From assembly GCF_006345805.1 (NCBI RefSeq), contig NW_021833397.1, forward strand, positions 1 to 27,126: 27,126 nucleotides of DNA, given 5' to 3'. This DNA comes from Octopus sinensis. Lineage: Eukaryota. This document shows positions 12,391-22,814 of this stretch, piece by piece (positions within the stretch are counted from its first letter, which is position 1; each line of letters begins with the position of its first letter). The position numbers and the translations under genes are program-made. The notes beneath the pieces were generated by a model. It saw only the letters and a program-made list of their open reading frames with translations. It was not told the DNA's origin and searched no databases.

Positions 12391-12419
12391 CTTCGTTTGG
12401 GATACAGTGAGAGTGAAAT

Positions 12420-13067
12420 AGAGGAACAGAGAGAGGAGGAGATATAAGGTAGTCGACCTGAGATGAAGAGGAGAGAAGAGAAGGAAAAAATGCTGGTGGT
12501 AGATCAGCCGGGGGGAGACAAGGGGATTGACCTGAGAGGAGAGAGAAAGAATGGCAGATCAGCAGGGAGAGAGAGAGCGCGATAGAGGTGTGGTAGAGAG
12601 GAAGAAGTAAAGGGACAAGGAGGAAAAGAGAGACAAGGGGATGGACCTTAGGGGGAGCAGGGAGAAGAAAGGCAGAGAGAAAAAATGGAGAGGGAGAGAG
12701 AGGGCGGGATAGAGGTACAAGAGAGTGAAGTAAAGGGACAGAGAGGGTGGTGTGGAGAAAGAAGGGGACAGAGAGAGGAAAAGAGAGATAACGGGGTTGA
12801 CCTGAAAAGGAGCGGAGAGAAGAGAGGGAGAGAGAGAAGGGAGATAGAGATACAAGAGAGAGCGCAGGAGAGAGAAAAGGAGAGAGAGAGTGCGGGACAG
12901 AGAGGGGGTGAGATGCGAGAGAGTTGATCTGAGAGAAAGCGGGGGGGAGACGCAGAAAGAGAAAGCGAGTGGAAGTTCAGCAGATGGTGACAGAGAGAGG
13001 GAGAGAGAGAGAGGAATAGAGGATCTGAGGGAGGGAGAGACAGATAAGGAGAGAGATAGGAGAGCGG
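12420..13067 (-). repeat. Purine/pyrimidine-skewed degenerate minisatellite (putative LINE 5' UTR)
   Basis: GA-rich on plus with a recurring GA(C/T)CT(G/T)A(G/A) anchor at about 12455, 12529, 12644, 12799, 12926 and 13022. Confidence 0.65.
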
Positions 13068-13097
13068 GATATATATATAAATGGATAAATATAATCT

Positions 13098-13607
13098 ATT
13101 TTACTCTAGGCACAAGGCCCATAATTTTGAGGGAGAGGGCCAGTCGATTGGATCGACCCCAGTACGTAACTGGTACTTAATTAATCGACCCCGAAAGGAT
13201 GAAAGGCAAAGTTGACCTCGGCGGAATTTGAAATCAGAACGTAACGACAAAAGAAATACCTATTTCTTTACTACCCACAACGGGCTAAACACAGAGAGGA
13301 TAAACAAGGACAGACAAAGGGATTAAGTCGATTATATCGACCCCAGTGCGTAACTGGTACTTATTTAATCGACCCCGAAAGGATGAAAGGCAAAGTCGAC
13401 CTCGGCGGAATTTGAACTCAGAACGTACCGACAGACAAAATACCTATATCTTTACTATACACAAGGGGCTAAACACAGGGAGGACAAACAAGGACAGACA
13501 AACGGATTAAGTCGATTACATCGACCCCAGTGCGTAACTGGTACTTATTTTATTGACCCCCGAAAGGATGAAACGCAAAGTCGACCTCGGCGGAATTTGA
13601 ACTCAGT
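13098..13607 (-). mobile_element. Multimeric SINE family C (three cores, about 185-bp period)
   Basis: Core ccgaaaggatgaaaggcaaagtcgacctcggcggaatttgaactcag recurs at about 13191, 13375 and 13560. Confidence 0.85.
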
Positions 13608-13650
13608 TTAATAGTCATAATATTCATAGTAGTATTAATAAATGCTTTTA

Positions 13651-13872
13651 AGGCGGTGAACTGGTAGAATTGTTACTACACTGGATAAAATGCTTTGCGG
13701 CATTTCGTCCAGCTTCATGTTGTGAGTTCCTATTCCGCCGAGGTCGGCCTTGTTTTTCAAGGGGCTGGTAAAATAAGTACCAGTTGAGTACTGGGGTCGA
13801 TGTAATCGATTTGTCTCCCCCCACCCCACGCCGCCTCTGAAACTGCTGGCCTTGTGCCAAAATTTGAAATCA
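13651..13872 (+). mobile_element. SINE family C monomer, diverged
   Basis: aaggcggtgaactggtagaa (box A-like)...gagttcctattccgccgaggtcg...agtaccagttgagtactggggtcgat...ggccttgtgcc; inverted relative to 13098-13607. Confidence 0.8.
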
Positions 13873-14009
13873 ATAAATTAATAAAAGCCTCTTGTTATGA
13901 GAAGCAGAATGGTATACAGACAGAGGACCTGAGTTTTATTTCTTCAATTCATGAGTGATGGTATACAGTGGAAACTACCACTCTCCTCATTTGCCCTCAC
14001 CCATGCTGT

Positions 14010-14318
14010 GAAGCAGCGTGGCTTATGGGTTAGAGTATTCGGTTCACGATCGTAAGATCGTGTGTTAGATTTCCAGCGGCACGTTGTGTCCTTGAACAAG
14101 ACTTTATTTTGCGTTGCTTCAGTTCACCGAGCCGGCAAAATCAAGTTATACCAGCCTTATTACACTCTATGTCGCGCTGAATCTCCCTGAGAAATACTAC
14201 GTTAAGGGTTACACGTGTCTGTGAAGTGCTCAGCCACTTGCAAATGAATTTCATGAGCAAGCTGTTCCATTGATCGGATCGACTGGAACCCTTGTCGTCG
14301 TAACCGACGGAGTGCCAA
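14010..14318 (+). mobile_element. tRNA-derived SINE family D (CORE-like gtgtccttgaacaagac motif)
   Basis: Head gcagcgtggcttatgggttag and CORE-like motif near 14085-14105. The 3' module (14152-14275) is shared with 14378-14502. Confidence 0.75.
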
Positions 14319-14377
14319 TTTTTATTAAATCCATGTGTGCATATCTCTTGCTTCTTTGGACATTTCATGTGATATAT

Positions 14378-14712
14378 GGGACAATCAACGGAAAGGCATG
14401 CTCGTGAAATTAACATGCAAGTGGCTGAGCACTTCATAGACACGTGTACCCTTAATGTAGTTCTCGGGGAGATTCAGCATGACACAGAGTGTGACAAGGC
14501 TGACTCCTTTGAAAAACAGGTACAACAGAAACAGGAAGAAAGAGTTGTGGTGAAAGACTACAGCGGGATTCGTCACCACCTCCTGCCGGAGCCTCGTGGA
14601 GCTTTAGGTGTTTTCGCTCAATAAACACTCACAAAGCCCGGTCTGGGAATCGGAACCGCGATCCCACAACCGCGAGTCCGCTGCCCTAACCACTGGACCA
14701 TTGCTCTTCCAC
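14378..14712 (-). mobile_element. SINE with family B head and family D tail
   Basis: 14540-14712 is the reverse complement of about 7378-7540, and 14385-14502 is the reverse complement of about 14152-14273. Confidence 0.82.
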
Positions 14713-14814
14713 TATGGAACAATATAATATACAGAATTTAAGCTAGAGAAATCTCTACCTCCGCTCCGGCCCCTCTCACTTTGCAGAAACATTTTTATGA
14801 AAACGAATAAGCCT

Positions 14815-14980
14815 TAGCTTTAATTAAGTGTAATTAAGTTAATGATTAAATGTATAAGTAAGTTATAATAATTAAATTATAATTAAATTTAATTACAATC
14901 TTAATTGTGATTAAGTTCAATTATAAACTTAATTACAATTAAGTTATAACTTTAATCTTGGTGTGGATATGTAACTTAAT
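14815..14980. repeat. Degenerate AT-rich tandem repeat (TAATTAAGTTATAA-like)
   Basis: Recurrent TAATTA/TTAATT units with almost no G or C. Confidence 0.7.
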
Positions 14981-15019
14981 TTTCTTCATACTTTTCTTTA
15001 ATCCTCATTGATTTAATGA

Positions 15020-15590
15020 CGGCAAGTGGTGGAGGTGGTGGCGGCGGTGATGGGGTGGTGGTGGTGGCGGTGCTAGGAATGGTATTAAAGGTGCAGAAAG
15101 TGATGGTGAATGCAATAATGGTAGTGATGATGGAGGTGGTGACTATAGCGGCGGGGGTGGTTGTGGTTGTGGTAGTGGTGGTGGTGGTGGTGGTAGTAGT
15201 GGTGATGGTGGTGGTGGTGGTGGTGGTGGTGGTAGGAATGGTATTAAAGGTGTTGAAAGTGATGGTGAAGGCAATAAAGGTGGTGATGATGGAGGTGGCG
15301 GCGGTGGCGGCGGCGGTGGTGGTGGTGGTGGTGGTGTTGATGGTGGTGATGGTGGTGGCGGTGGTGGTGGTGGTGGTAGTGGTGGTAGTGTGGTGGTGGT
15401 GGTGGTGGTGGTAGGGATGGTATTAAAGGTGCAGAAAGTGATGGTGAATGCAATAAAGGCTGATGATGATAGAAGTGGCGGTGGTGGCGGCGGCAGTGAC
15501 TGCAGTGGTGGTGGTTGTGGTGGTGGTGATGGTGGTGGTGGTGGTGGTGGTACTACAGCTGCTACAGTTGGTGCTGGTGGTGATGGAAAA
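15020..15590. repeat. (GGT)n-based minisatellite with three higher-order units
   Basis: ggaatggtattaaaggtgcagaaagtgatggtgaatgcaataa (or near variant) at about 15076, 15235 and 15414 within GGT repeats. Confidence 0.85.
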
Positions 15591-15754
15591 GGAGACTGTA
15601 TTGGCCAGACCGCTCTAAATAAGTTACCCTGAAAGTAAAAACCATGTCATTCATTATTTATGCCAAAATCCGAAGTCTTCGGGCGCCCTTCTCCCTCTTC
15701 TACTAACAGTTATTGAAAACGCAAAGAAAACTAACAGACAAGGGAACCTCAACG

Positions 15755-15940
15755 AGGTAGCTCAACCGTGTATAAATAGCAACTAGATTCCCTCAAATCG
15801 CATTTTATTGTCTTACATAGGTGGAAGTACATACTGGATAATACACACACACACACACAGAGGATGGCAACAGATGGAATAGCTTTAAACATTGATCCTG
15901 TCAAGCGGGTCTGACCAAGGGCTACATAACTACAAACAGT
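15755..15940 (+). mobile_element. Old retroposon 3' remnant
   Basis: gctcaacc..aaatagcaactagattccctcaaatc..ggatgg..ggaat..ctgaccaagggctacataactacaaac resembles, from memory, a common octopus repeat tail. There is no second copy in the window. Confidence 0.35.
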
Positions 15941-16027
15941 AAAGAAAACAGCGCCAAACTAACATGTCGCTCATCTACTCCATGAAAATTAAGCTTTTAG
16001 TGAGGTAGTGAAGACATCCGACCAGAT

Positions 16028-16201
16028 CAGCAGTTCCCAACGTTTTTACACTTGCGACCCCTTACCCAAAAGCTTGAAAACCACGCGACCCCCTAGTATC
16101 AGTTGATAGTTGGAATTAATATTATTCCATGCTGCTTTTAGCGAGACTACGCGAAACCCCTGTCAAGGCTTTGCGATCACAAAGGGGGTCGGGAACCCCT
16201 G
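16028..16201. mobile_element. hAT (Charlie-like) MITE, 174 bp
   Basis: TIRs CAGCAGTTCCCAA / TCGGGAACCCCTG, internal GCGACCCC subrepeats, and 8-bp flanks GACCAGAT / GGCTAGAT (6 of 8 match). Confidence 0.8.
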
Positions 16202-16499
16202 GGCTAGATGGAAGAAAAAGAATGAAAAGTTCTCTATATTTCAGGCAGCGGTCCTTTTTCAAGGTAAACGCGGAAAGGAACAGCCAAAGAAAAAAGAAAG
16301 AGGAACAGTTTCTGTAACAAAATTAGACGTATGGTTAATACGGGGGGGATAATGTGAAATGAGCGATAACTAAAAGGAATAGTGAGTGAAAAGGAAACAG
16401 ATTTCACAGATAAGACACTATTGAAAAAGGCAGAGAAAAGGAGGAAAAAGAAAGTCTTTAGATGTCAGCCGAGTTTCTTTAAATGTCGTATAAGTTTCC

Positions 16500-16590
16500 C
16501 CGCGGTATTCATTCACTACACTCTGAGTTCAAATTCTACCGAAGTCAACCTTGTCTTTAATCATTTCGGCGTTGATAAACTACCAATCTT
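16500..16590 (+). mobile_element. SINE family C core fragment, diverged
   Basis: ctgagttcaaattctaccgaagtcaaccttgtctttaatcatttcggcgttgataaa matches the family C core. Confidence 0.7.
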
Positions 16591-16617
16591 ATACTGGTAT
16601 TGATTTTTTTCTCCTCT

Positions 16618-16678
<61 letters not shown>

Positions 16679-17381
16679 CCTCTCTCTTTCTCTCTCTCTT
16701 TCTCTTTCTCTCTCTGTCTCCCTCTGTCTCTTTGTCTATCTCTTTCTCTCTCATTCTCTCTTGCAGTCGGACTATCTCTGAAAAAAAAAACAAATTGTGA
16801 TCAGACCTAGCACCCAAGTCACACAGCGGTGCACATACGTCTCTATAGAGACTTGAAGACATCGCTGGATTAACCATTAAACAAAATAAGTTAAACAAAA
16901 TAAGTACCGTCTTGGAGCATCAAGGGGTACTCCAGAAATGGTAAATGGTCTGCGGCACAAAAGAAATAACTTTAAACTTGCTAAGAAAATATTCGAAGTG
17001 GTTTATACGATTGGAAATATAATTTCAGAATGTTCTATGCTCGCCGCGGCGTCCTCTTATTCATCTCGGCATTGGATAATCGTCTCGCTGGCGATTGCAC
17101 AACTTAAAATTTTAGATCCAACAAGGCTTGTACAGCTTCTCACAACCTCTTCGCCCAACTGATATGATCCAAAGATAATCCAGGACAAGCGCACATGTGG
17201 ATCTCAGACTCGGGAATGTAGGAGTGTCATGATTTCAAACGCAAACAAAAGATCCTAAAAATGTTCAATGCCATTCCCTGCCATACATACATACATACAA
17301 GCATATCTATACGCGTATAAAAGTTTGCTTAAACATGTATACACACTCCATATACTATTTGTTTTGTTTTTTGTTTTTTTT

Positions 17382-17978
17382 CGAACTCAAAACGTAAAAG
17401 CAGACGAAATACTGCTAAACATTTCGCCCGGCGTGCCAGCGATTCTGCCAGCTCGCCGCCTTTGTATATTCTTTTCTACTCTAAGCACAAGGCCCGAAAT
17501 TTTGGGGGAGGGGGCCAGTCGTGTAGATCGACACAAGTACGCAACTGGTACCTAATTTATCGACCCCGAAAGGATGGAAGGCAAAGTCGACATCGGCGGA
17601 ATTTGAACTCAGAACGTAAAGACAGACGAAATACCTATTTCTTTTCTACCCACAAGGGGCTAAACACAGAGAAACAAGGACAGACAAACGGATTAAGTCG
17701 ATTATATCGACTCCAGTGCGTAACTGGTACTGAATTTATCGACCCTGAAAGGATGAAAGGCAAAGTCGACCTCGGCGGAATTTGAACTTAGAACGTAACG
17801 GCAGACGAAATACAGCTAAGCATTTCGTCCGGCGTGCTAACGCTTCAGCCAGCTCGCTGCCTTTAATGGGATTATTTATTGCCCACAGGGGGATAAACAT
17901 AGAGGGGACAAACAAGGGACAAACAAGGGTTTAAGCGGACTACATCGACCCCCAATGCGTAACTGGTACTTATTTAAT
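17382..17978 (-). mobile_element. SINE family C cluster (head fragment, complete dimer 17470-17863, tail fragment)
   Basis: Cores at about 17566 and 17744; heads gctaa(a/g)catttcg..cggcgtgc..gccagctcgc at about 17414-17461 and 17816-17862. Confidence 0.85.
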
Positions 17979-17981
17979 CTT

Positions 17982-18205
17982 TTCTTTTCTACTCTAGGCA
18001 CAAGGCCCGAAATTTTGGGAGAGGGGGCCAGTCGATTAGATCGATCCCAGTATGCAACTGGTGCTTATTTTATAGATCCCGAAAGGATGAAAGGCAAAGC
18101 CGACCACGAGTCGATAAATTAAGTACCAGTTACGTACTGAGGTCGATGTAATCGACTGGTCCCCTCCCCAAAAATTTCGGGCCTTGTGCCTAGAGTAGAA
18201 AAGAA
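17982..18205. repeat. Fold-back made of two SINE C 3' halves
   Basis: Arms of about 95 bp (17982-18076 and 18111-18205) are reverse complements, with a loop of about 34 nt. Confidence 0.9.
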
Positions 18206-18281
18206 GTTTTATAATTTGCATATATTTATTTTATTATAAACGCAAAACAACACCACAGAGGAATCGACGTAAGCTTTAAAT

Positions 18282-18801
18282 CAGAGGTGGTGAAACCCTA
18301 GCCTACGGGCACAGTTGCGCCCACGAGATCGTTTTATTGTGACCGCAAGCTGATATACTCACATGTACAAAATATAGTAAAGTTTTCAATCAAAATTTAT
18401 ACAATATTCCTATACCTATTTGCGACATAAGTCGTGTTTCCACTACGAATTAAAATGGTCAGAAATCGTTCGGTAATTGCCATTTGAATGGAAATTTGGT
18501 TTCCACTATAAAACACATATTGCGAGGTTTGTACCACCCCCTTGAGACCCAGCTACACTTTAGCTGAAAGAAATAGAATGCCTCATAAGTAATATAAACG
18601 TCCTAAATTCAGTGGCGGCGTTAATGAAGATGTTACGCGTTAATTTAATATGTTAAACTTATCTTTATTAATGTATATCAAATTATACATAGATACATAC
18701 AAGATTTACACAGATATGGGAGTTAGAACCTGTGATCAGCCTGCGGACCTTTTCCTTAGGAAAATTTTTGCCCGCCGCATTTTAAAGCTTCCCCATCCCT
18801 A
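18282..18801. mobile_element. hAT-type MITE, about 520 bp
   Basis: Degenerate TIRs CAGAGGTGGTGAA / TTCCCCATCCCTA, GC-rich subterminal motifs, and 8-bp flanks CTTTAAAT / GCTTAAAT. Confidence 0.65.
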
Positions 18802-18811
18802 GCTTAAATAA

Positions 18812-18940
18812 TAAACCGCGATAGGTTGAACCGCGATAGGTGAACCGCGATATGTGAACCGCGATAGGTGAACCACAATAGGTGAACAGCGATAAGTGAA
18901 CAGTGATAGGTGAACCACGATATGGTGAAGGGTTACTATA
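18812..18940. mobile_element. Tc1/mariner (pogo/Tigger-like) terminus with about 8 tandem copies of GTGAACCGCGATAG
   Basis: The 14-mer array runs into gatatggtgaagggttacta-TA, resembling a decayed CAGTAACCCT.. TIR plus TA target. Confidence 0.6.
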
Positions 18941-19102
18941 TACATATAAATGTGTGTGTGCCGGTGCGTTGATGCATCTATTTGTATGTATATATGTGTG
19001 TGTGTGTGTTTTGGGTGTGTGTGTGTATTTATGTCCAGTTACAATAAAAGCAACTTAACATTAATCTGGTGGCTTTTTCTATTCTTTGGTAGATTAACAA
19101 TA

Positions 19103-19241
19103 TATTATTCTTAAACGGGAATATTATCGACAGTGACTTCGAAGCTCCGTCCAGTTAAACCATCGTCCAACTGTTCAACGATGGCTTCACTGACTGAAAC
19201 TTCGAGGTTACTGCCAATAACGTTCTTGCTTAAGAATAATA
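19103..19241. mobile_element. Palindromic (fold-back) MITE-like element, 139 bp
   Basis: Arms tattattcttaa..cagtgacttcgaag..ccatcgt / acgatgg..cttcgaggttactg..ttaagaataata around an 11-nt loop. A related half copy lies at 22432-22490. Confidence 0.75.
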
Positions 19242-19244
19242 AAT

Positions 19245-20100
19245 ATACATACTTACGTACACATACATACATATACATAAATACATACATAGACGCACAT
19301 TATTTATGTTTATGTATTTATATATAGCCATATATATTATATATACTCACACATACATACATACATACATACATACATACATGCATACACTCAAACTTGC
19401 ATGCATGCATGCATGCATGCATACATACATACATACATACATACGTACACACATACATATGTACACACATACATACACATATAGATACATACATACACAC
19501 ACATACGTACATACATACACACATGCATACATACGCACATACATACACATGCATACACACATACATAGGATCTATTCCACGGATCATACACATGTACATA
19601 CATAGATACGCACATACATACACACATACACACATAGATACACATACACACATACACACATAGATATACACATACATACGCACATACATACACACATACA
19701 TACATACATACATACATACATACATACATACACACATACACACAATACATACATGCATACACACACATACATACATACATAACACAGATTGATGCACACA
19801 TACATACATACACGCATACACACATACATGCATACACACATACACCCACACATACATACACACATACATACGTACATACACATACATACACACATGCATA
19901 CACACATGCATACGCACACATAAACACATACATACATACATACATACACACATACATACACACATACCTACATACATACACACATACAAAGATACATACA
20001 TACATACATACATACATACATGCATACATACATACATACATACATACATACATACATACATACATACATACACACAAACATACATACATAAACACACATT
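19245..20100. repeat. Large compound (CATA)n/(CA)n microsatellite
   Basis: About 850 bp of CATA/CACA/CATG variants. Confidence 0.97.
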
Positions 20101-20159
20101 TATAATCCATACTGAGTATGATGTTACATAATTAAAGATTTGTCTGACTGACGTCGATC

Positions 20160-20400
20160 GAGAAAGTTTTGTGAATTTTACGCTTGATGTTGACACAGCT
20201 GGGAAACATATACTGCAGTGATCCAAGATGACCTTAGCCATGGCTAAACAAACTATTGAACTTTTAAAGAAGAAAAAAATATGGCCTCTTTAGAAACAGG
20301 CGGGGAAACTGAAGAAGTGTGAGGTGTAAGAAAGCGAAATACAAATATTAGTCTAGACGTGAAGCTGGAATGTTCATAAGGGTGAAAAGTTAGGAGGAGG
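20160..20400 (+). pseudogene. Possible ancient LINE ORF2 linker remnant (Rex/L2-like)
   Basis: Broken translation SFVNF.LD...K...PWL..LLKKK....KAKYKY..R.E resembles the EN-RT linker; very degenerate. Confidence 0.25.
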
Positions 20401-20822
20401 GCAAAGGTCTTGATGGCAGTCAATTAGTTTATGACTGAGCTTTGGCTGTTAGTTGTCTGTGAAGAAGAGTTCTACATATGTTCTTCCTGATTTTTGCGGC
20501 AGGAAAAGGTATAGCGATACAACACTGCAGCTGTGTAGTATATGCGTACGTACGTAACTGTGGATGTGTGTACGGAGGAGAGAAGAGGAACGCGTGTGCG
20601 AGTATAAATATATGTATGCGTCATATGAATGTATGTATGTATGTGTGTGTATGTGTGCGTGGTGTGTGTGTGTATGTGTGTGTATGTATGTAAGTATGCA
20701 TATATCATTGCAGGTATGTAATTATGTAAGCGTGCATATATATATATGCAAGTAAGTATATATTTGTTCGTGCGGGGAATAAAATATTAACTGGTTTGCG
20801 AGTATACATGCATATATTATAT

Positions 20823-20876
<54 letters not shown>

Positions 20877-20944
20877 ATATATATATGTGTGTGTCTGTGT
20901 GTGTGTGTGTGCGTTATATATGTGTGTGCGAGTATGGGTGTCAG

Positions 20945-20987
<43 letters not shown>

Positions 20988-21040
20988 TATATATATTATA
21001 TGTGTGTGTGTGTGTGTGTGTGTGCGAGTATGGGTGTCAG

Positions 21041-21081
<41 letters not shown>

Positions 21082-21449
21082 GCTTGTATGTATTATGCGT
21101 ATATGTATGCAAATATGAATGAACGCATGTATGTATCCAGTTACACACACACACACACATGTGTGTATGTACGTATATGCATATATGTATGTATGCCTGT
21201 ACGCGTTTGTAAGAACATCCGCACACGCACGCATTCACCGGGGTGGAATGGGGCTCACGCATTACGAATTTCTCGTTTTCGGATAAATATTGCAGAGAGG
21301 AAAGACGAGAGTCAATGAAGAAATTATGTCAGCTTGTAGGAAATAAGCAAAACATAAGCATACAAATTTATACACTCTCACACCAACACAACTATAAGGA
21401 AAGTACACATGCATAGTATATCACATACACGCATACAAAATATATATAT

Positions 21450-21598
21450 ATTCGAAATGAGGAGTAGATAGATGGCCGACAATTGATGAAGGGTCGTTCT
21501 TTATGTTACTTGTCCTGTTTTCCATTTGTTTCTCTCGTTGTTTGCGTTGTTTTCATATTTCATATTGTTGGTGACGTCCTCTACCCATATATGCATGT
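21450..21598 (+). mobile_element. Repeat homologous to 3673-3855 (Penelope-associated candidate)
   Basis: attcgaaa....gagtagata..(c/t)tga(a/t)gaaggg..tgtcctgt..gtcct.tacccatat.tgcatgta is shared by both loci. Confidence 0.55.
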
Positions 21599-21604
21599 AG
21601 CCAC

Positions 21605-21782
21605 AAAACCTCTTTTATTTTCTCTCCCAGCTTATTTCTGTGTTCCTTTCCGTTGAAGAGCATAGGCTCGAAACGTAAAAGACTTTCTCACTTCCCGAGC
21701 GTTAAACTAATACATCTGTTTGTTGTTTACACACCCGTCTTCGTCTTTTGTTTTGTGTTTTGTTTTGTAAATTCCAACTACA

Positions 21783-21785
<3 letters not shown>
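21605..21785 (+). mobile_element. Second copy of the hammerhead-bearing repeat (motif at 21646-21681)
   Basis: CTTT-CCGTTGA-A-GAGC-ATAG-GCTC-GAAA-CGT-A-AAAG, followed by gagcg..actaataca..tgtttgtt..cttcgtcttttgttt, as in the reverse complement of 7151-7305. Confidence 0.6.
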
Positions 21786-21860
<75 letters not shown>

Positions 21861-21984
21861 TATTCATATATATATATGCATGCATATATACATATTATTT
21901 ATTTATATATATATATATATATTATATCTAAATATATATAATAATATATGTTGCGTGTGGTGCGTATATATATTATATAATTTT

Positions 21985-22395
21985 CTTTTATTTGTTTCAG
22001 TCTTTTGACTGCGGCCGTGCTGGATCACCGCCTTTAGTCGAGCAAATCGACGCCAGGACTTATTCAAACGGTCACTTTTGCCGGACCGCTAGGTTACGGG
22101 AACGTAAACACACCAGCGTCGGTTCTCAAGCGATGTTGGGGGGACAAACACAGACACACAAACATATACATACACACACAAACACACATACACACACGCA
22201 CATACAACACACACACACACACACACACGCACACACACATATATATATATACGGCAGGCTTCTTTTCAGTTTCCGTCTACCAAATCCACTCATAAGGCTT
22301 TGGTCGGCCCAAGGCTATGGAAGAAGACACTTGCCCAAGATGCCACTCAGTGGGACTGAACCCGGAACTATGTGGTTGGTAAACAAGCTACTTAC
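21985..22395 (-). mobile_element. SINE family A, near full length
   Basis: On minus: tRNA-like head (gttccgggttcagtccc), CORE-like cttgggcaagtgtctt, internal (TG)n, and 3' ccagcacggccgcagtcaaaagactgaaac. Confidence 0.88.
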
Positions 22396-22600
22396 AAAAC
22401 TTCTAAAGCTTAACTGGCCGAAACTACGTGGGCTTAACTGACCGAAACTTCGAAGTCACTATCAATAATATTCTTTTTTAAAAATACTAAATTTGTATTC
22501 TACAAACGTATAGAGTAATGCATCAGATTAATGAAAAATTGCTTTTTTATTATAAATCTCCTTAAAAAGAAATGTTAACATTTTATATCTAAGTGTGTGT

Positions 22601-22633
<33 letters not shown>

Positions 22634-22779
22634 AGTGTGTGTATGCATGCGTGCGTGTGTGTGTATGTGAGTGTTTGTCTGTCTGTATGTATGTATGTCT
22701 GTGCGTATATAATGTATATGTATCAATATATACATTATGTAAATATATATATAAATATATTTCCTTAAATAGTGATGTG

Positions 22780-22813
<34 letters not shown>

Positions 22814-22814
22814 A

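Larger units (their letters stand above)
8664..13070 (-). mobile_element. Near-full-length CR1-group LINE, internally deleted and frameshifted
   Basis: Order on minus is repetitive 5' UTR, ORF1, APE endonuclease, RT, short 3' UTR and a (TTTAAGGA)2 tail. Candidate 12-bp TSD ATATATATAAAT at 8652-8663 and 13071-13082 (low complexity). Confidence 0.9.

Noticed and set aside
11741-12421. 226-aa hydrophobic plus-strand ORF
   Set aside because: Antisense shadow of the A-rich LINE ORF1, with no independent motif.
13098-13607. CRISPR-like appearance of regularly spaced repeats
   Set aside because: Intervening segments are themselves repeated, the unit is SINE-derived, there are no cas genes, and the context is eukaryotic.
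15016-15632. Val-rich, His-rich and Gly-rich ORFs
   Set aside because: Products of the GGT repeat.
16938-17270. Unique-looking stretch with a 74-aa ORF as a possible exon
   Set aside because: No recognisable domain in any frame and no convincing splice signals; would need BLASTX or RNA-seq.
19306-20241. Long ORFs up to 307 aa (MYVCMYVC.. / HTYIHT..)
   Set aside because: Translations of CATA/TATG microsatellites that lack stop codons; the same applies to the YIYI, LSLS, VVVV and NNNN ORFs elsewhere.
20870-21080. Duplicated gcgagtatgggtgtcagtctg anchor
   Set aside because: Slippage duplication inside TA/TG microsatellite with no sign of function.
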